64,000 nt of DNA. Source: Selaginella moellendorffii (taxonomy: Eukaryota; Plantae; Lycopodiophyta). The stretch's first letter is position 1. Each line of letters starts with the position of its first letter. The position numbers and the translations under genes are program-made. A model generated the notes under the pieces. The model was not told where the DNA came from. It worked only from the letters and a program-made list of their open reading frames with translations, and ran no database searches. The stretch is taken from the NCBI RefSeq assembly GCF_000143415.4, contig NW_003314364.1:236396-300395 (forward strand). Direction: 5' to 3'. Positions 1-13,228 of the stretch are shown here, one piece after another.

Positions 1-1497
1 CAACATTCCTTCTCGTGGGCAGGCCACTTCCGTTGAGCCTTGTCCAACTTCTTCGAGAAGAACGCTACTGGATGGTTGTCTTGCTTCAAAACTGCGCCCA
101 ACGCAAAGTCCGAAGCATCCGTGTCTACCTCAAAGTCCTTACCAAAATCTGGTAATGCCAACACCGGAGCCTTCCTCAACTTCCCTTTGAGGTGGACGAA
201 TGCCGCCTCGCATTCCGCTGTCCATACCATCTTCCCTTTTCCGGTTTGGTCCGTTAAGGGCAGGGCTACTCTCGAATAGTGTCTGATAAACTTTCGATAG
301 TAGTTGCATAGCCCCAAGAACGCCCTCAACTCATGTACATTTGAAGGTCGCTCCCATTCCTGGATCGCTTGGACCTTCTCCGGATCCACCTTGAGCCCGT
401 CCTGGCCCACCACATGCCCGAGAAACTTTACCTCTTGTTGAGCAAAGTCACATTTGCTCTCTTTAGCATACAGTTTGTGTTCCCTTAGTTTCTCAAACAC
501 CTTCGCCAAGTGTTCGGCATGCTCCTCTAGTGTCTCGCTATAGATCAGGATATCATCGATATAGACGACCACGAAGTGATCCAGATAGGGTACAAATATG
601 TGGTTCATCAACGCCGAAAACGTTGCCGGCGCATTGCACAGCCCAAAGGGCATCACCAGAAACTCAAAGCTCCCATACCTCGTTCGACAGGTTGTCTTCT
701 CGACATCTTCCTCGGCTACCCTGATCTGGTAGTATCCTGACCTTAGGTCAATCCTCGAGAAGTATTTTGCCTTTCCCAACCTATCGAACAGGTCCTCGAT
801 CCTTGGCAAAGGGTACTTATTCTTCTTGGTATACTTGTTGAGCAACCGGTAGTCTATGCACATGCGCATAGATCCATCTTTCTTTTTCACAAATAGCACC
901 GGCGCCCCATACGGCAACTTGCTCAACCTAACATACCCTTTGTCCACCAACTCCTCGAGTTGGCTCTTGAGCTCCTTGAGTTCTTTTTCGTTCAATTGAT
1001 AGGGTGGACAAACCACCGCCTCAGCACCCTCGACCAGCTCAATCTTATGTTCTATCGGTCGTGCGGGGGGCAACCCCGCCGGTAGCTCCTCCGGCATGGT
1101 ATCCTGGAATTGGTCCAGCACCTGCTGGATCACTAAAGGTACTTCTTCCGTTCTTGTCTTTTTGTCACTCTTCACCGAGAGTAAGCACAAAAAGGCTACC
1201 TTAGTTCCTCTAGTGAGTTGTCCTCTCGTGGACACCAGGTTTAAGCATGACTCTTTGGCCTTGCTTTGCCCTACCTTTAGATCCTGGGCCTCCACCCTAG
1301 ATCTTCTTCCTTGGGCATTCGCCAATACCACAAGGTTCCTACGTTGTCCATGCAGGGCTACCACGAACCGATTAAACCAATCCATTCCGAAGATCACGTC
1401 AAATCCCGCCATGTCCAAGACGGTGAAATCCATGTCCACTTTCCATGTCCCCACTTCAACTCTCGCTTGTCGAAGTACCTCATCGGTGCTTTGGCTA
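1..1497 (-). CDS. pol: reverse transcriptase + RNase H (open to the window edge)
   Basis: Minus-strand reading gives [81 protein letters not shown]. Confidence 0.9.
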
Positions 1498-1499
1498 CC

Positions 1500-2923
1500 C
1501 TAAACAAACTCTATAGTCCTTGGTTCGCCTAGCTGCTGCACCGTTAGTCCGGCTTGCCGGACTATGTCTGCAGCCACAAAATTATCCGAAGCACCTGTGT
1601 TAATAAGGATCTTAACAAAGCTACCTCCGAGCTTCCCTCGGAGGGCTAGTAGATGTCGCGAACGACTCTCTACCAAAGTTGCTCGTGTAATGAGTAACTT
1701 TGAGTTAGGGACTGGATCACATACCTCAGTTTGGACTTCACCCGACTTGATGGCCATATTGGCTCTGGCCTTCTTCGGGTAGGGACATTCCCTCGAGAAG
1801 TGTCCCGCTTCGCCGCAGTTGTAGCATACGTTGTTTCCCACGCTGCTATACGACTTGGCCTTCTTATCCGTGGGTTTGTCTTTTTTCGCTTGACTCCCCC
1901 ACGTACTCGCTCACTGGCCACCAGATTTGCCTTTCCGGAACCCCGAGGACTCATTCTTAGAGAAACTCTTCTTGAATTTCCCCTTGCTATATGTTCCCCT
2001 CGGTTTGGCCCCTTTGTGAAACGTGGATCCCGACCCCGTCGTGTTCCCCTTTCGCAGGTTATCGTTGAAATGCACCTTGATGGCCGCATCCAACGCTTCC
2101 TTGTAGTTGGTCGGGTTCCAGCGCATCACCTCACCGCGAGCCCAGGTTTGCAAACTTGATATAAAGGCATGGAACGCATCCATATCCCCATGTCCATGAC
2201 AAGTATCCTCTTTGCCATGAACCCATTCACATATTCCTGGATGGTTCCAGTCTGCTTCAGCCTACTCAGCTCATCTCTCAGATGCAGAGTGGCATTCGGA
2301 GGAACGTATGTTGCACGGATCCTCGCCTTCATCATGTCCCAGGTGGCCACCGGTCCTTCGTTGGCCTCCGTTATTCTCCACCAAGACTTGGCATTATCTG
2401 CCAAGTATGGTTTTGCACATGGGACCTTCTCCGAGCCCGGTAACCGCAACGCTCGGAAGTAGTCCTCCATATCGTAAAACCAATCCTCCACAACCTTATA
2501 GTCGTTCACTCCCTTGAACACCGGTGGGGGCTTTGGTTTGTACTTGGGAACTGCCTGAGGCACTGATTCCACTTCGGTCTGTTCGACCTTGTCTGGTTTT
2601 GCCTCAGTCCCTGCCGAAGGGTCCGCACCTTCTGCGCTGCCAGCATCCGCAGTCTTTCGCTTTTTCTTCCGCTTCTCGTCACGCTTTAACTTGCATACGA
2701 GAGTCTCCAGCAGGGCATTGGTCTGTGCCAACTGTCCTTCTAGCACGTCCAATCGAGCCTTGGACGACCGAACCTCGCCACCGGACTCCTATTTGGAAGT
2801 TTCCTCACTGGAGTCCTCCTCATGCAAGGATTCCTCATCCATAGCCTCTTGTTCAACCGGAGGCTCCAGCTCTAGCGGAGGTTCCGTCTCCGCCTGGGTT
2901 CGCTTACGCCCTACCCTTGCCAT
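1500..2923 (-). pseudogene. gag + zinc knuckle + aspartic protease, disrupted
   Basis: ATG at 2923. The region is split over ORFs 2126-2752, 1911-2183 and 1500-1841. It contains CYNCGEAGHFSREC, and the protease motif reads ILINTGAS (catalytic D replaced by N). Confidence 0.85.
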
Positions 2924-2966
2924 CTCCCAGCAATCCGCCTCTATCCTTCGCTAGAACTGAGGAAAA

Positions 2967-2979
2967 GGCTCCGATACCA
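2967..2979 (-). promoter_or_regulatory. Primer binding site (tRNA-iMet type)
   Basis: Minus strand TGGTATCGGAGCC, 3 nt from the LTR end ...CTTACA. Confidence 0.9.
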
Positions 2980-2982
2980 AAT

Positions 2983-4063
2983 TGTAAGCCACAAATTTTT
3001 CCTTTCCAATTTGCCAGCTTACCTCGTCTATCCGTCCAACACCGCCTTGGCTTTTGCTAAGTTCCCTTGCCAAGGTTCTCGCCTATGGTACCAGCTCCTA
3101 CTTGGTCTCAGCTACTCACTGCACAAGCAACGGAGTGTTAGCCATCCATCCACGGATTCCCAAATCACTCCCAATCCCCCTCCCTGGGTTAGACTGGACT
3201 TAAGGTTCGGCTACACTCCCCGCAAGCACAAGCAGCCAAGCACACCAAGCTTCCAGGTTCCTAACATCCTTTGGTACCACAAGACTTGATCATGGGACCC
3301 TCTAAATCCCAAGTCTTGGGTGCAACACTTGCTTCGGGACGCCGGGGCGAAACACCGTGGCCTAGCGGCCCGGTATGGGTACCTCTCGCCCCCCACTTCC
3401 ATCCCGAAGGAAGGCCCAAGCCCCTAGGAAGGGCGAGGACCAATGAGCCGCATGGTACTCAAGTGGGGCACCACTCCACATGAGCCGGGAGCACCGCAAT
3501 CGGTTTCCCTTTCGGGAGTGGGAGCTGCTCTTGAGCACTTCCTTGGATGGCCCCTCTGGCACCAACCACGTCCATGCTCACTCCCACCCAAGGCCCCTCG
3601 GTCCCAGTCCCAACCTCAAGTCAGTTTGGGAGCCCCACTGGAGAGTCCCTTCTAAACTGGTTCCTGGACCTCACTATCCCTACTATACTTTTGGAACCCC
3701 TTGCAGCCCCCCCCCCCCCCCCCGGGAGACGCACGCTTTGGGCTTTCACCCCTTGACCCGTATTAGTATTTGGACTTAGTCTCTGGCTCGATCTTGGACT
3801 CGATTTCGGATCCGACTTTGGATTCCATCTCGGACTCGATCTCGGACCCGATCTCGGACCCGATCTCGGACCCGACCTCGGACTCGACCTCGGACTCAGT
3901 CTCGGACCCGATTTCGGATCTCGGACTCCGTCTCGAACTCGGTCCTAGAGTCGGTCTTGGACTCGATCTTCGACTTGGTCCCATCCAATGAACTCTTTGT
4001 CATTTTGGTCATGCTTTCGGGGTTCCTTTAGCCTACGACACCTCGGCGAGTTGGTTCCTTACA
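2983..4063 (-). repeat. 5' LTR (~1.08 kb) with poly-C and a degenerate 6/12-bp repeat tract (3780-3985)
   Basis: Termini TGTAAG...CTTACA, adjacent PBS. The same terminus recurs at 20195. Confidence 0.9.
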
Positions 4064-6719
4064 CACTGATAATTAAGACTTTAAGATATCATTGTCTATG
4101 ACTTTGATATTGTCCATCTATTGATCTTTGAACTTGGGCCAGTATAGGCAGACTGGCTTCGGCACTTCGTGTGCATGTTGAAATCTCTAGTCATGGGGTA
4201 GCTACTGTAGACTGGTCACATAACCCGCCTCTCTGTCGATGTTCCTTATTCCGTTGAAAGGGCGTGACCGTGTAAACAACTCTAACTGCATGTTTATAGT
4301 AGTCTATCTAAACCTTACCGACGGGTTTGGTTTCTTTGCTCAGGAGGGTTGGGGCCCCTGGCTCCTCTCTCTATGTCTCTGGGGCAGGGCATATCACACT
4401 TTTGTAAGCTGGATGACAACTAGAGCAGCAAGGGTGGCTAACTCCGTTGGTCATTTCCTTGTCGGCGACGGCCGGAAGGTGTCTGAGCTGGTAGTGCATC
4501 CGCATTAGACACAGAGGTTCCCTTTAACTCATTTAAGTTGGTGCATTTCTCACATAGTGTGAATACCGTGAACTTTTTCTAGAGTTGTTTCCTTGGCGGT
4601 ATTCTAGACTCGAGTGTGCATCGACGAGGACGTCGATCTTCCCTAGGGGGGGAGAGTGTCGCGAATGTGACTTCGGGTATCAAAAGTTACATGTCGACTA
4701 GTCTTTACGGACACTCTTACCTTACTGCCATGATGGCAGGAGGTCAGTATTGCTGAACCCTTTATTAGTCCTTCTTGTTCAAGTGTTAGTAAACTGGGCT
4801 TAGCATCTGTACTTGGCCAGATGAGCATAAGGAAGGAATTCCTAAGTGTCTATTTAGCTGAGCATACTCGGCCCGGCTTGTTAATTCTCTTTTGCTCTGT
4901 CTTGCACTGGCTTGACAAGAACCCTCGCGTATTGAGATTGGTCCCTCAATATCGCCGGATGATAGTTTACCGTGCTGCCAAACACCCTCACTATCATACC
5001 CTTTGTGTTAGTCTCATTTCGGTCCCAAATGCTATTTATGGAAAGTGTCCAGATTTGCTCATTTGGCATATCTACGGAATGTAGAGATCGTCCTAAACAC
5101 AATGGTGTTCGTCCCGTGTCCAAATTCGCAATCTAGGGACATTCCATATTTAGTAAGTTTCAAGCTTGTCCTAGAGACTAACTCCTGATACTAAGGGAGG
5201 CTTGGGGTGAAAGCCCAAAGCGTGTGTTCCTCAAGGGGGGGGGGGGGGGGGGGGGGGCCAAGGGGGGTTCCCAATGTTTAGTAGGGAAAGTGAGATAAGT
5301 CGGGCATGGCCGACCAACTTGAGGGCATATCTAGCTCCCGGTTGGGGGCCTGTCCTTTTTTTGGGTCCGGGTTGGGTCTAAACCCAAGTTCCATTCCATG
5401 GTAATTGGGGGAGAACCCATATCCCCCCGTTAGGCCCCCGGTATGCCAAAAAAGCGCCAAACTCCGTTTGGCTCCCTTTTGGGGGTTAACCCCGGCATTG
5501 GGAAGCTGGTTGCCCCAGGAATTTTCCAAGTCACCCCGGGGTCTTGGCCCTTCCCCCCTTGGGCTTTATGCCCAGGAATTGCCCCGGGGTTCGGTTCCAT
5601 CACTCCTTGGCTCCATGCTTGGGAGTTTGGCACCGTTCCTTCGTTCAGTGGCCCGAGGCCCTGAACCTCGGGTTCCTATGGACACGTGGCATGGACACGT
5701 GGCATGTGACACGTGGCATCTGTCACGTGGCACAAAGAGGGTTTAGGTTCCGCTTCGTGGTGTTATCCTATGGTAAATCACCATAGGATAAAGGGTCAAA
5801 ACCACGTGCGCTACATTTGGCCAGGAAAGGCCAGTTTGGTCCAGGAAGGCCAGACCTAGTGTTGGGTGATGAGCTGACCACTGGGAAGTCCAAGACTAGA
5901 GTGAACACGGACCGACAAGTGGGGTACCTTGGTGAAGTGTTCAAGAGCCGGCTCTAGTTCCCCCGGGAGATCGACTGGCCGATACTCCCAGTCTAAGTGT
6001 GGGTGGCACTACCTACTTTGATACCAGGCGTGGCTCAATGGAACCTCGCTCTAAGCCCATGGCTAGAGCACCCAAGGGCGGAAGGCGGGGAGAGTACCCA
6101 GGTGGCTCGCGTAAGGCCACGGTGTTCTGAAATGTTGTCCCAAAGGCCCAGACTGTGGAAAGGAAGAGGAGCAGTCCTCGGGGGTAGTGACCAAGGACAC
6201 AGTCGTGAGGTGAGGAAGTCCTAGAGGACCGTGGGACTTAGTGGTCGGGCCTGTGGGCCTCGATCCAGTGGCAGTGTTGGCAAACACGGCCAGGGGCAGA
6301 AAGGGACTTAGTAGGGACTGACAGAAGGATATTGGGGAAGGCTATTCCCCTTGTAGGTGGGCATCCTAAGGATGCTAAGGAGTGGATCTGAGATGACCAC
6401 TCACGGATGGTTTGCCTAGTCTTGGAGAGCCAAGACTGTGATACAAGTGGTATTGGACTACCAGTGTGGCAAAGGTGATTGGGCATGGCCTTAGCGTAAC
6501 AAGCTGCCATGTCAGTGGTACTTTTGAGTGTCGGTCATGGGATCGGACATGTGGAGCACTTGGACCAAGTGCAAATGTTGAGTGGCATGGATGCCATTCT
6601 CGGGGCTAGCAAGTCCCAAGTCCTGAAATGGACTTATGGAGGTTGTGATTGAGACTCCTCTAAGTGGTCGGAGGTGTGGTTAAGTGACTAAAGTAGAATG
6701 GAAAATTTAGTCGCTTACA
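4064..6719 (+). repeat. Long LTR-type sequence of a related family, cut at its left by the element at 1-4063
   Basis: Ends ...GTCGCTTACA at 6719. 5810-6719 is homologous (reverse complement) to LTR 37400-38310; 4660-5470 is homologous to 61550-62330. Poly-G at 5235-5257. Confidence 0.8.
5681..5732 (+). promoter_or_regulatory. Four tandem G-box/ABRE-like motifs (CACGTGGC) in an LTR
   Basis: GACACGTGGC x3 plus GTCACGTGGC within 52 bp. Confidence 0.55.
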
Positions 6720-6720
6720 C

Positions 6721-7090
6721 TTTACTACTCTGGGTGTCATATAGCTTACAAAAGTGTGATATGCCCCTCCCTACAGGGATATAGAGAGAGAAGCCAAAGG
6801 CCCTAACTCTTCTGAGAAAAGAAATTAAACCCATCAGTAAGGTTTAGATAAACTACTGTAAACAAGTAGTTAGAGTTGTTTACATAGTCAGCCCTTGTAA
6901 CGAAATAAGGAACATCGACAAAGAGGCAGGTGATGTGACCAATCAATAGTAACTACCCCATAATTAGAGATTTCACCATGCATACAAAGTGCCGAAGCCA
7001 GTCTACCTATACTAACCCAAACCCAAAGATCAATAAATGGACAATATCAAAGTCATAAACAATGATATCTTAAAGACTTAATCATCAGTG
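6721..7090 (-). repeat. Diverged inverted copy of 4064-4432
   Basis: The reverse complement aligns colinearly (cactgat-attaag-ctttaagatatcattgt...gggcatatcacacttttgtaagct), mostly with transition differences. Confidence 0.85.
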
Positions 7091-10000
7091 AATAAATCAT
7101 AGATTAGAACACAAAAGCATTTTAATTAAGTTATCATCTAATAAACTAGAATTATAGTACAGGAACCATCAAGATCAATATAATTGGAAAACATAGGATT
7201 CACTATCCAAAAAAATTCAATAGTTAGTGTATCATCAAGAAAAATCAATGAAAAACTTAACTATCAAAGATTATAGATAGCATGCTAAATTACTTACATA
7301 AGATAACTCAAAAAACACAAAGTATCATTATTTGGCAAGAAAAATGCTCATGAATATATCACCCAAGAGAAATAATATCCAATCTATCAAAACTAATAAT
7401 AACAACAATCAACAGAACAAAATGAATGTTACAAGACTAGCAAACACTCAATCATGGCAAATATCACATTAACTAAGCTAAATAAATCTTAGTCAACCAT
7501 ACTATGGAATTTAAGTTTCTTAAGCAAAAGTTAGCAACATTCTATTAATGTCCTAAACCTAAGAGACCAATGCAGAACAAACCACAAAGACCATGTGGTG
7601 ATGCAAAAAGTTATAAGCCATCAAAAAGAATAACTAACTATCATGAAAGATCATCAATCATCTCATTAATGAAGAAATTTATAATAATCATTGAAGAAAG
7701 AATCCACTATTTCAAAAAATAGTAAATCATTCTATATCAACAAGCAATAATCAAGAAAAATCTTTAACAAGAATAATCAATTATCCCAAAATGATAATCA
7801 TTAATCATCAATGATTGCTAAATGCAAAGGCTAACTTTAACATCAAAGCTAATAAACTAAAATGCCTTCCCCAATAACTCTTAACAAATTGAACAATGAG
7901 TATAAAAACTCAAGGAATCAAAAACTTAAAGAAGCTTACAGCCAAGTCTTGTATAACAATGATCACAAATTTCATATGGACTAACTTCAATGCTAAAGAA
8001 GAGATCATGGTACAACTTATAATATCCTCTTCAATATATCCATAAGCTAAATTTCATAATGCAAAGCTAATAAAGAGCATTTTTACATCAATCCAAAAGT
8101 TAAGCATAATAAAGCTATGTTCAATAAGTGACCATCAAACTGGTCCTCCATGAAACTATCTATAACAAAACGTAACTCACTTTATAACAAGCGTGAAAAG
8201 AATCACCAATGATCAATATATCTCAACACAAATCCAACAAAGAATTAACTTTTTCAATATCAATTATCAACTCTTCTTTTCGTAAAGCTAGAATAGTCCA
8301 TGACTAAATCACTTTCAAAGAAAAGCTAAAGCTCAATATTTACTAAAAAATTTTGTTTAGAACACAACTAACTCAACTTGCCACTTAGTTCATTTGAATG
8401 TCAATATAGTTGCTAACTAGCACATATACGAATGCCAAAAATACAAAGCTATAGCCAAGTTATCAACACTACTTGCATCAAAATTAATGAAACTTAATAT
8501 CAATCATATGGAAAGACATTTCATTTCACCTAAATTTCAACAACAATAATGTCAACGTAAGGCATCACTTCAATGTCATTAACACTAGAACAAAATTAAT
8601 AAAAATCACCACTCAAAGTTCTTTATCAACCAAGCTAACCAAGGTCAAAGATACTTTACTTAGTATTTGACACTAAACCTTCAACAAAACTCAATTACAG
8701 ATAACATATCATCAAGGAGTGATTCACCATATACAAGACTCAATGTAATCTAATACCACAGACTAAACACAGCCAAATGATATCGACAAAGGTAAAATTG
8801 ATATACTAATATAGGAAAACCATGCAAACCACGACATGATCCTGTGCAACACCATCCAGTAAAGCAAGTCTCTAACTGTTAAATCATCATTGAGCAAAGC
8901 AAGTGTTAATAGTCTTCAATGAAGTCTATAAGCAATCATTAATTGCAGAGCAACTAATAATCACTTTTCAACTTACCTTCATGAAACCCGAATACTAAAC
9001 TTATATCATTGAGTCATATACTTATCCAACATTAACGTAATACCAAGATATGGAATATGGACAAATACAAATTAAATCACCACTCGAATCCAATTGAACC
9101 CCAATAAGCTCACCAACATATTTAAGCAATAGCTCTGAATATGCCTTGAAAAGGTCAATTATGCATAATCAACACTCAGCCAAAATTAAAGTGAAAATCT
9201 GAACTCATATTAGTTTTGGGTTTAGGGTTTACTGGTTGCTTTATTTGTGCTAAATTTCAACATTACCCAGGTGCATTTAGGATTTCACACATTTGAAATG
9301 TACAACAAATGTGTGGAAGAGAGGTCTTTGAAGGGGTGAGGAGTGAGGATATTGTTTCCTGGAACTCTCTCCTGCTTGGTTATTTTGAAAATGCAAATCT
9401 ATCAGTAGCTCTAGACCTGTTCACCAGCATGGACTGTGAACCAAGCTCTCTCACCTACATTGTTGGACTCAAGGCATGCGGAGGCTTGGCAAGTGAGAAA
9501 AAGTCAGACAAAGGACTCTACCTTGAGAAGGGAATTACAATTCATAAAGGAGTGAAAGAGCACGGGTTTAAGACCGACATAGTTGTGGCAACCAACTTGC
9601 TAGAGATGTATAGCAAGTGTGGCAGCATGCATCATGCCAGGGAGGTCTTTGAAAGCATGTTTTCCCAAGATGCTGTGGCGTGGAACACTCTCATACTGAG
9701 ATATGTGGAGAATGGGGACTATGCAGTAGCTATGGATTTATTCAGCATCATGGACTGTGAGCCAAACTGTGTGACTTATTTGGCTGCTCTCAAGGCATGT
9801 GGAGGCTTGGCCAGCGAACCAGAGTCAGAGAAGCAGCATCATCTTCAGAAAGGTATAGGCATTCACAAAAAGCTCCAAGAAGGGGGATTTGGATCCGATA
9901 TAGTTGTGGCGACCACCTTAGTCGACATGTATGGCGAATGTGGTAGCATGCAGAACGCCAGGGATGTGTTTGACAGAATGATCCAGTGCAATGCTGTTAC

Positions 10001-10356
10001 TTGGACCTCCCTCATCCTTGGATACGTTGGGAACGGCCAGTGCTCAGAAGCCATGGATTTATTTGCTAGGATGGACTGTGAGCGAGGTTCCACTACATAT
10101 GTTGCTGCTCTCAAGGCATGAGGAAGTCTGGCTACTGAAAACGAGTCAGAGAAGCAGCCATACATGAAGCCCATTGCAATTCACAGAGAAGTGGAGGATC
10201 GATGACATAGTTCTGCCCAACACTCTGGTTGCGATGAATGGCAAATGCGGCACATGGACCGGGCCAGGGAGGTGTTTGAAAAAATGCGCAGCAAGGATGT
10301 TGTTTCATGGAACTCTCTCATACTTGGATACGTGGAAAATGGAGATGGCCTGGCAG

Positions 10357-13228
10357 CAGTGCTTCAAAACACGCCGTGCACCATGGCGTGTTGGCGTGGT
10401 GACACAAACATGGCCCCCAGCCGTGTTAACACGGGCCGTGTTCATTGACTCGGTCAATGCTCCAAAACACGGCTCCAAACACGGTTGAAACACGGTCAAA
10501 TACCGTGTGACCACGCCGTGTTCTAAAACAATAGCTCACGTGGTTCACGTGAGCGTTTTGTGCTTTGATGTTTTCTTGTCTTGCGATCAATCAAAAATTC
10601 CTGCGATCAATCAAAAGGTTTTTCCAGCGATCTATGGCGATTTTCTTGGGCTGGGAATGCCCTCTCTAGGATTCTAGCACTGGAGTGGGAGGAATGGCGC
10701 TCAGCCACACCTGATTTCACTGCAAAAAATTCCTAATCATTGTCTCCAGGTTTGTAGATTTTCTCTCCCAAATTTTCTCCTTGGATTGCTTCTGCCATAA
10801 TTCTTAGCTGCTTGGCACTGCATCTTTGTAGATTGCTGTGATTCTTAGTTGCTTGGCGTTGCGATTGTGTTATTGACGGCGTGATTCTAAAATTTTGAGT
10901 TTTTCAAAAATTTTTTAGGCACAGGGCTTGACCGATTGTGGATTGGAACAGGAGCAGGGTGTGGGATTTTAGAGGCTGAGCAATTGTGGATTGGAGCAGC
11001 AGCAAGGTGTGGGATTTTAGAGGTTGGACTGAGTGATTGTGGATTGGAGTAGAAGCAGGTGCAGGATTTTAGTTGAGCTGAGTGATGGCATTTGGGAGCC
11101 AAAGCAGGAGGACTTCAATAGGTGACATCCATCATGCGTTTGGTGGGAAGAAGTGATCCTTGGTGATCAAACAAACTGCTGTAGTGGGCATTGACGCTGG
11201 TCTTGTAAGTGGTGTTCGTTGAGAGACAAAGTTTCAGGTGTGGATCGTGTGAGGGGACATCTCACAGGGGAAGCTGGTCATGAAATCTTAAGTTGTGATG
11301 TCATCTCAACAGAGAAGAGACAACAGCTTAGGGAGATGGGTAAAACCATCGATGACCAGGTTTTGGCTGGAAAACACCAAAGCAAGAAACGAGCAGTTTC
11401 TACACGTGTCAAAGGCATCCAAAGCACTGGAGGAGAGAGTTTTGTTGCTTCCCAAAGTTCTACACCAGGTGGCAATTCTGTAGAAGGAATTTCCAGGTTT
11501 TTTTCGCAACAACAGCAGGGAATCCGAGATTCTTTTGATCCAAAAAGGAAGGAAGCAGTGGATATGGCTATAGGACGATTTTTCTAGAATGAGCACATAC
11601 CATTTGTGAAAGCTCGTTCTCACCATTTCAAGGAGATGGTGTAGCAGATTGCAAGGCATGGAATTCCTTACGATCTTCCAACAGAGACAGCATTGTGAGA
11701 GCAATTGTTGCAAGTGGAGAAAGCCAATCTTGAAGTTCAACTTGCCAAGGTGAAGGCACGTTGGAAGAATTGTGGGGTTACTCTTGTTGCTGATGCATGG
11801 AATGACACAAGAAATCGACATATCATGGAGCTTGTTGCATACAGCAGAGGACAGTCGACTTTTCTCGAGGCCATTGATATATCTTCTAGTGGGAAGATGG
11901 CTGATAACGTTTTTGCGACATGGGAGCGAGGTATCGAGATTGTTGGAGAGGAGAATGTTGTTCTTATTGTCACGGATGGTGAGGCTTTAAACAAGGCTGC
12001 TGCTAGGCTTCTAGAGGCGAGGAAGCCAAGGATTATGTGGGCTCCGTGCTTAGCTCATTGTTTGAACAACATTCTCAAGGATTTCGCAAAACTACCATGG
12101 ATGGTTGGGCTGCTAGACAAGAGAAAGACTCTGGTTGGCTTCCTCCGGAACCATTTGCATCTAGTAGCGATTTTGGCATCCTTCTCTTCACGATGAGTGT
12201 TGAAGTTCAGCAAAACACGATTCGCCTTCATGATGGAGAGATTGGTGGAGCTAAGGCCAAAGCTACAACAAATGTTTGTGAGCGACGCTTACAATGCAAG
12301 GCTAGAGTCAAGGACAGATTCTGGGATAGCATGCCGAGGAATTGTGTTCAATGATACATACTGGAACGAGGTTAACCACATGCTGGGTGTTTCAAGGAGG
12401 GTGATGTATTTGCTACGGATGGTTGACGGAGACGTGCCTGTGATTGGGAAAGTCTACAAGGGGATGGATCAGATGAGCGAGAACATCCGTCAACAAGAGG
12501 AGAACAATCTTAGGTATGAGGAGCTAAACCAACTGATTTCAAACAGGTGGTGGGCTTATCATAGCACCTTTCACTCCGTGGCATACATGCTTGATCCAGA
12601 GTTTCAGGGGCAAGGACAGGAAAAATCCAGAGAAGTTTCCAAAGATTGGAACATGTATTTGGAGATCCAGTTCCTTGACTATCAGCAAAGGTCAACTATA
12701 AAAAATCAGCTTTGCCAATACAGGAACTTGGAGGGTAGTTTTGGCACCGGGGACTCTCAGATGGATCGTACAACAAAGGGTTCTGTGCAGTGGTGGGAGG
12801 ACAATGGCTACTCAGGTCCAGATTTGCAGAGGTTGGCAATTCGAGGGCAAGTTCTTCCTCATCTGTGGAGCGATTGTTCAGCATTTTTGGGCACATCACT
12901 TCAAAGAAGAGGAATTGCTTAGCAGTGAGCTGGATTGCAGACTTGGTATTTGTGGCCAGTAATACCAAGTTTCCTATGACAAGTTTGTGGGATTGAGCCA
13001 AACAGGAAGTATTCCTCAAATTACTGATGCTGATATTAAAGCTATGGAAGAAGAAGATGATGATCCTGCTAATGAGGAGCTTCTAGATGAGATGGAGTGA
13101 TAAGTAGAATATTCTAGAGAATATTCGTGTTTTCACCCGTGTTTATCCGTGTTCATTTCCGTGTTCCGTGTTCGTGTTCAAAAAATTGAATGCCGTGTTC
13201 GTGTTCGTGTTCATGTTTTGAAGCTATG
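10357..13228 (+). mobile_element. hAT DNA transposon, complete ends
   Basis: Perfect 8-bp TSD CCTGGCAG (10349-10356 and 13229-13236). TIRs CAGTGCTTCAAAACACG / CATGTTTTGAAGCTATG. Subterminal CCGTG/GTGTTC repeats. Confidence 0.95.
11085..13101 (+). pseudogene. hAT transposase (DUF659-type core + C-terminal dimerisation region), with stops and frameshifts
   Basis: GVTLVADAWND, IVTDGEA, WAPCLAHCLNNILKD, TRFA, WWEDNG, SSSSVERLFSIF...KKRNCL. Confidence 0.9.

Larger units (their letters stand above)
1..4063 (-). mobile_element. Ty3/gypsy LTR retrotransposon, 5' half (LTR-PBS-gag-PR-RT-RNaseH), continuing beyond the window start
   Basis: LTR 2983-4063, iMet PBS, gag with CCHC knuckle, protease, RT motif [13 protein letters not shown] (~535-575), RNase [14 protein letters not shown] (~90-135). 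Domain order is PR-RT-RH. Confidence 0.95.

Noticed and set aside
9212-9232. Telomere-like TTTGGGTTTAGGGTTTA
   Set aside because: Only about two units, too short to call an interstitial telomere.
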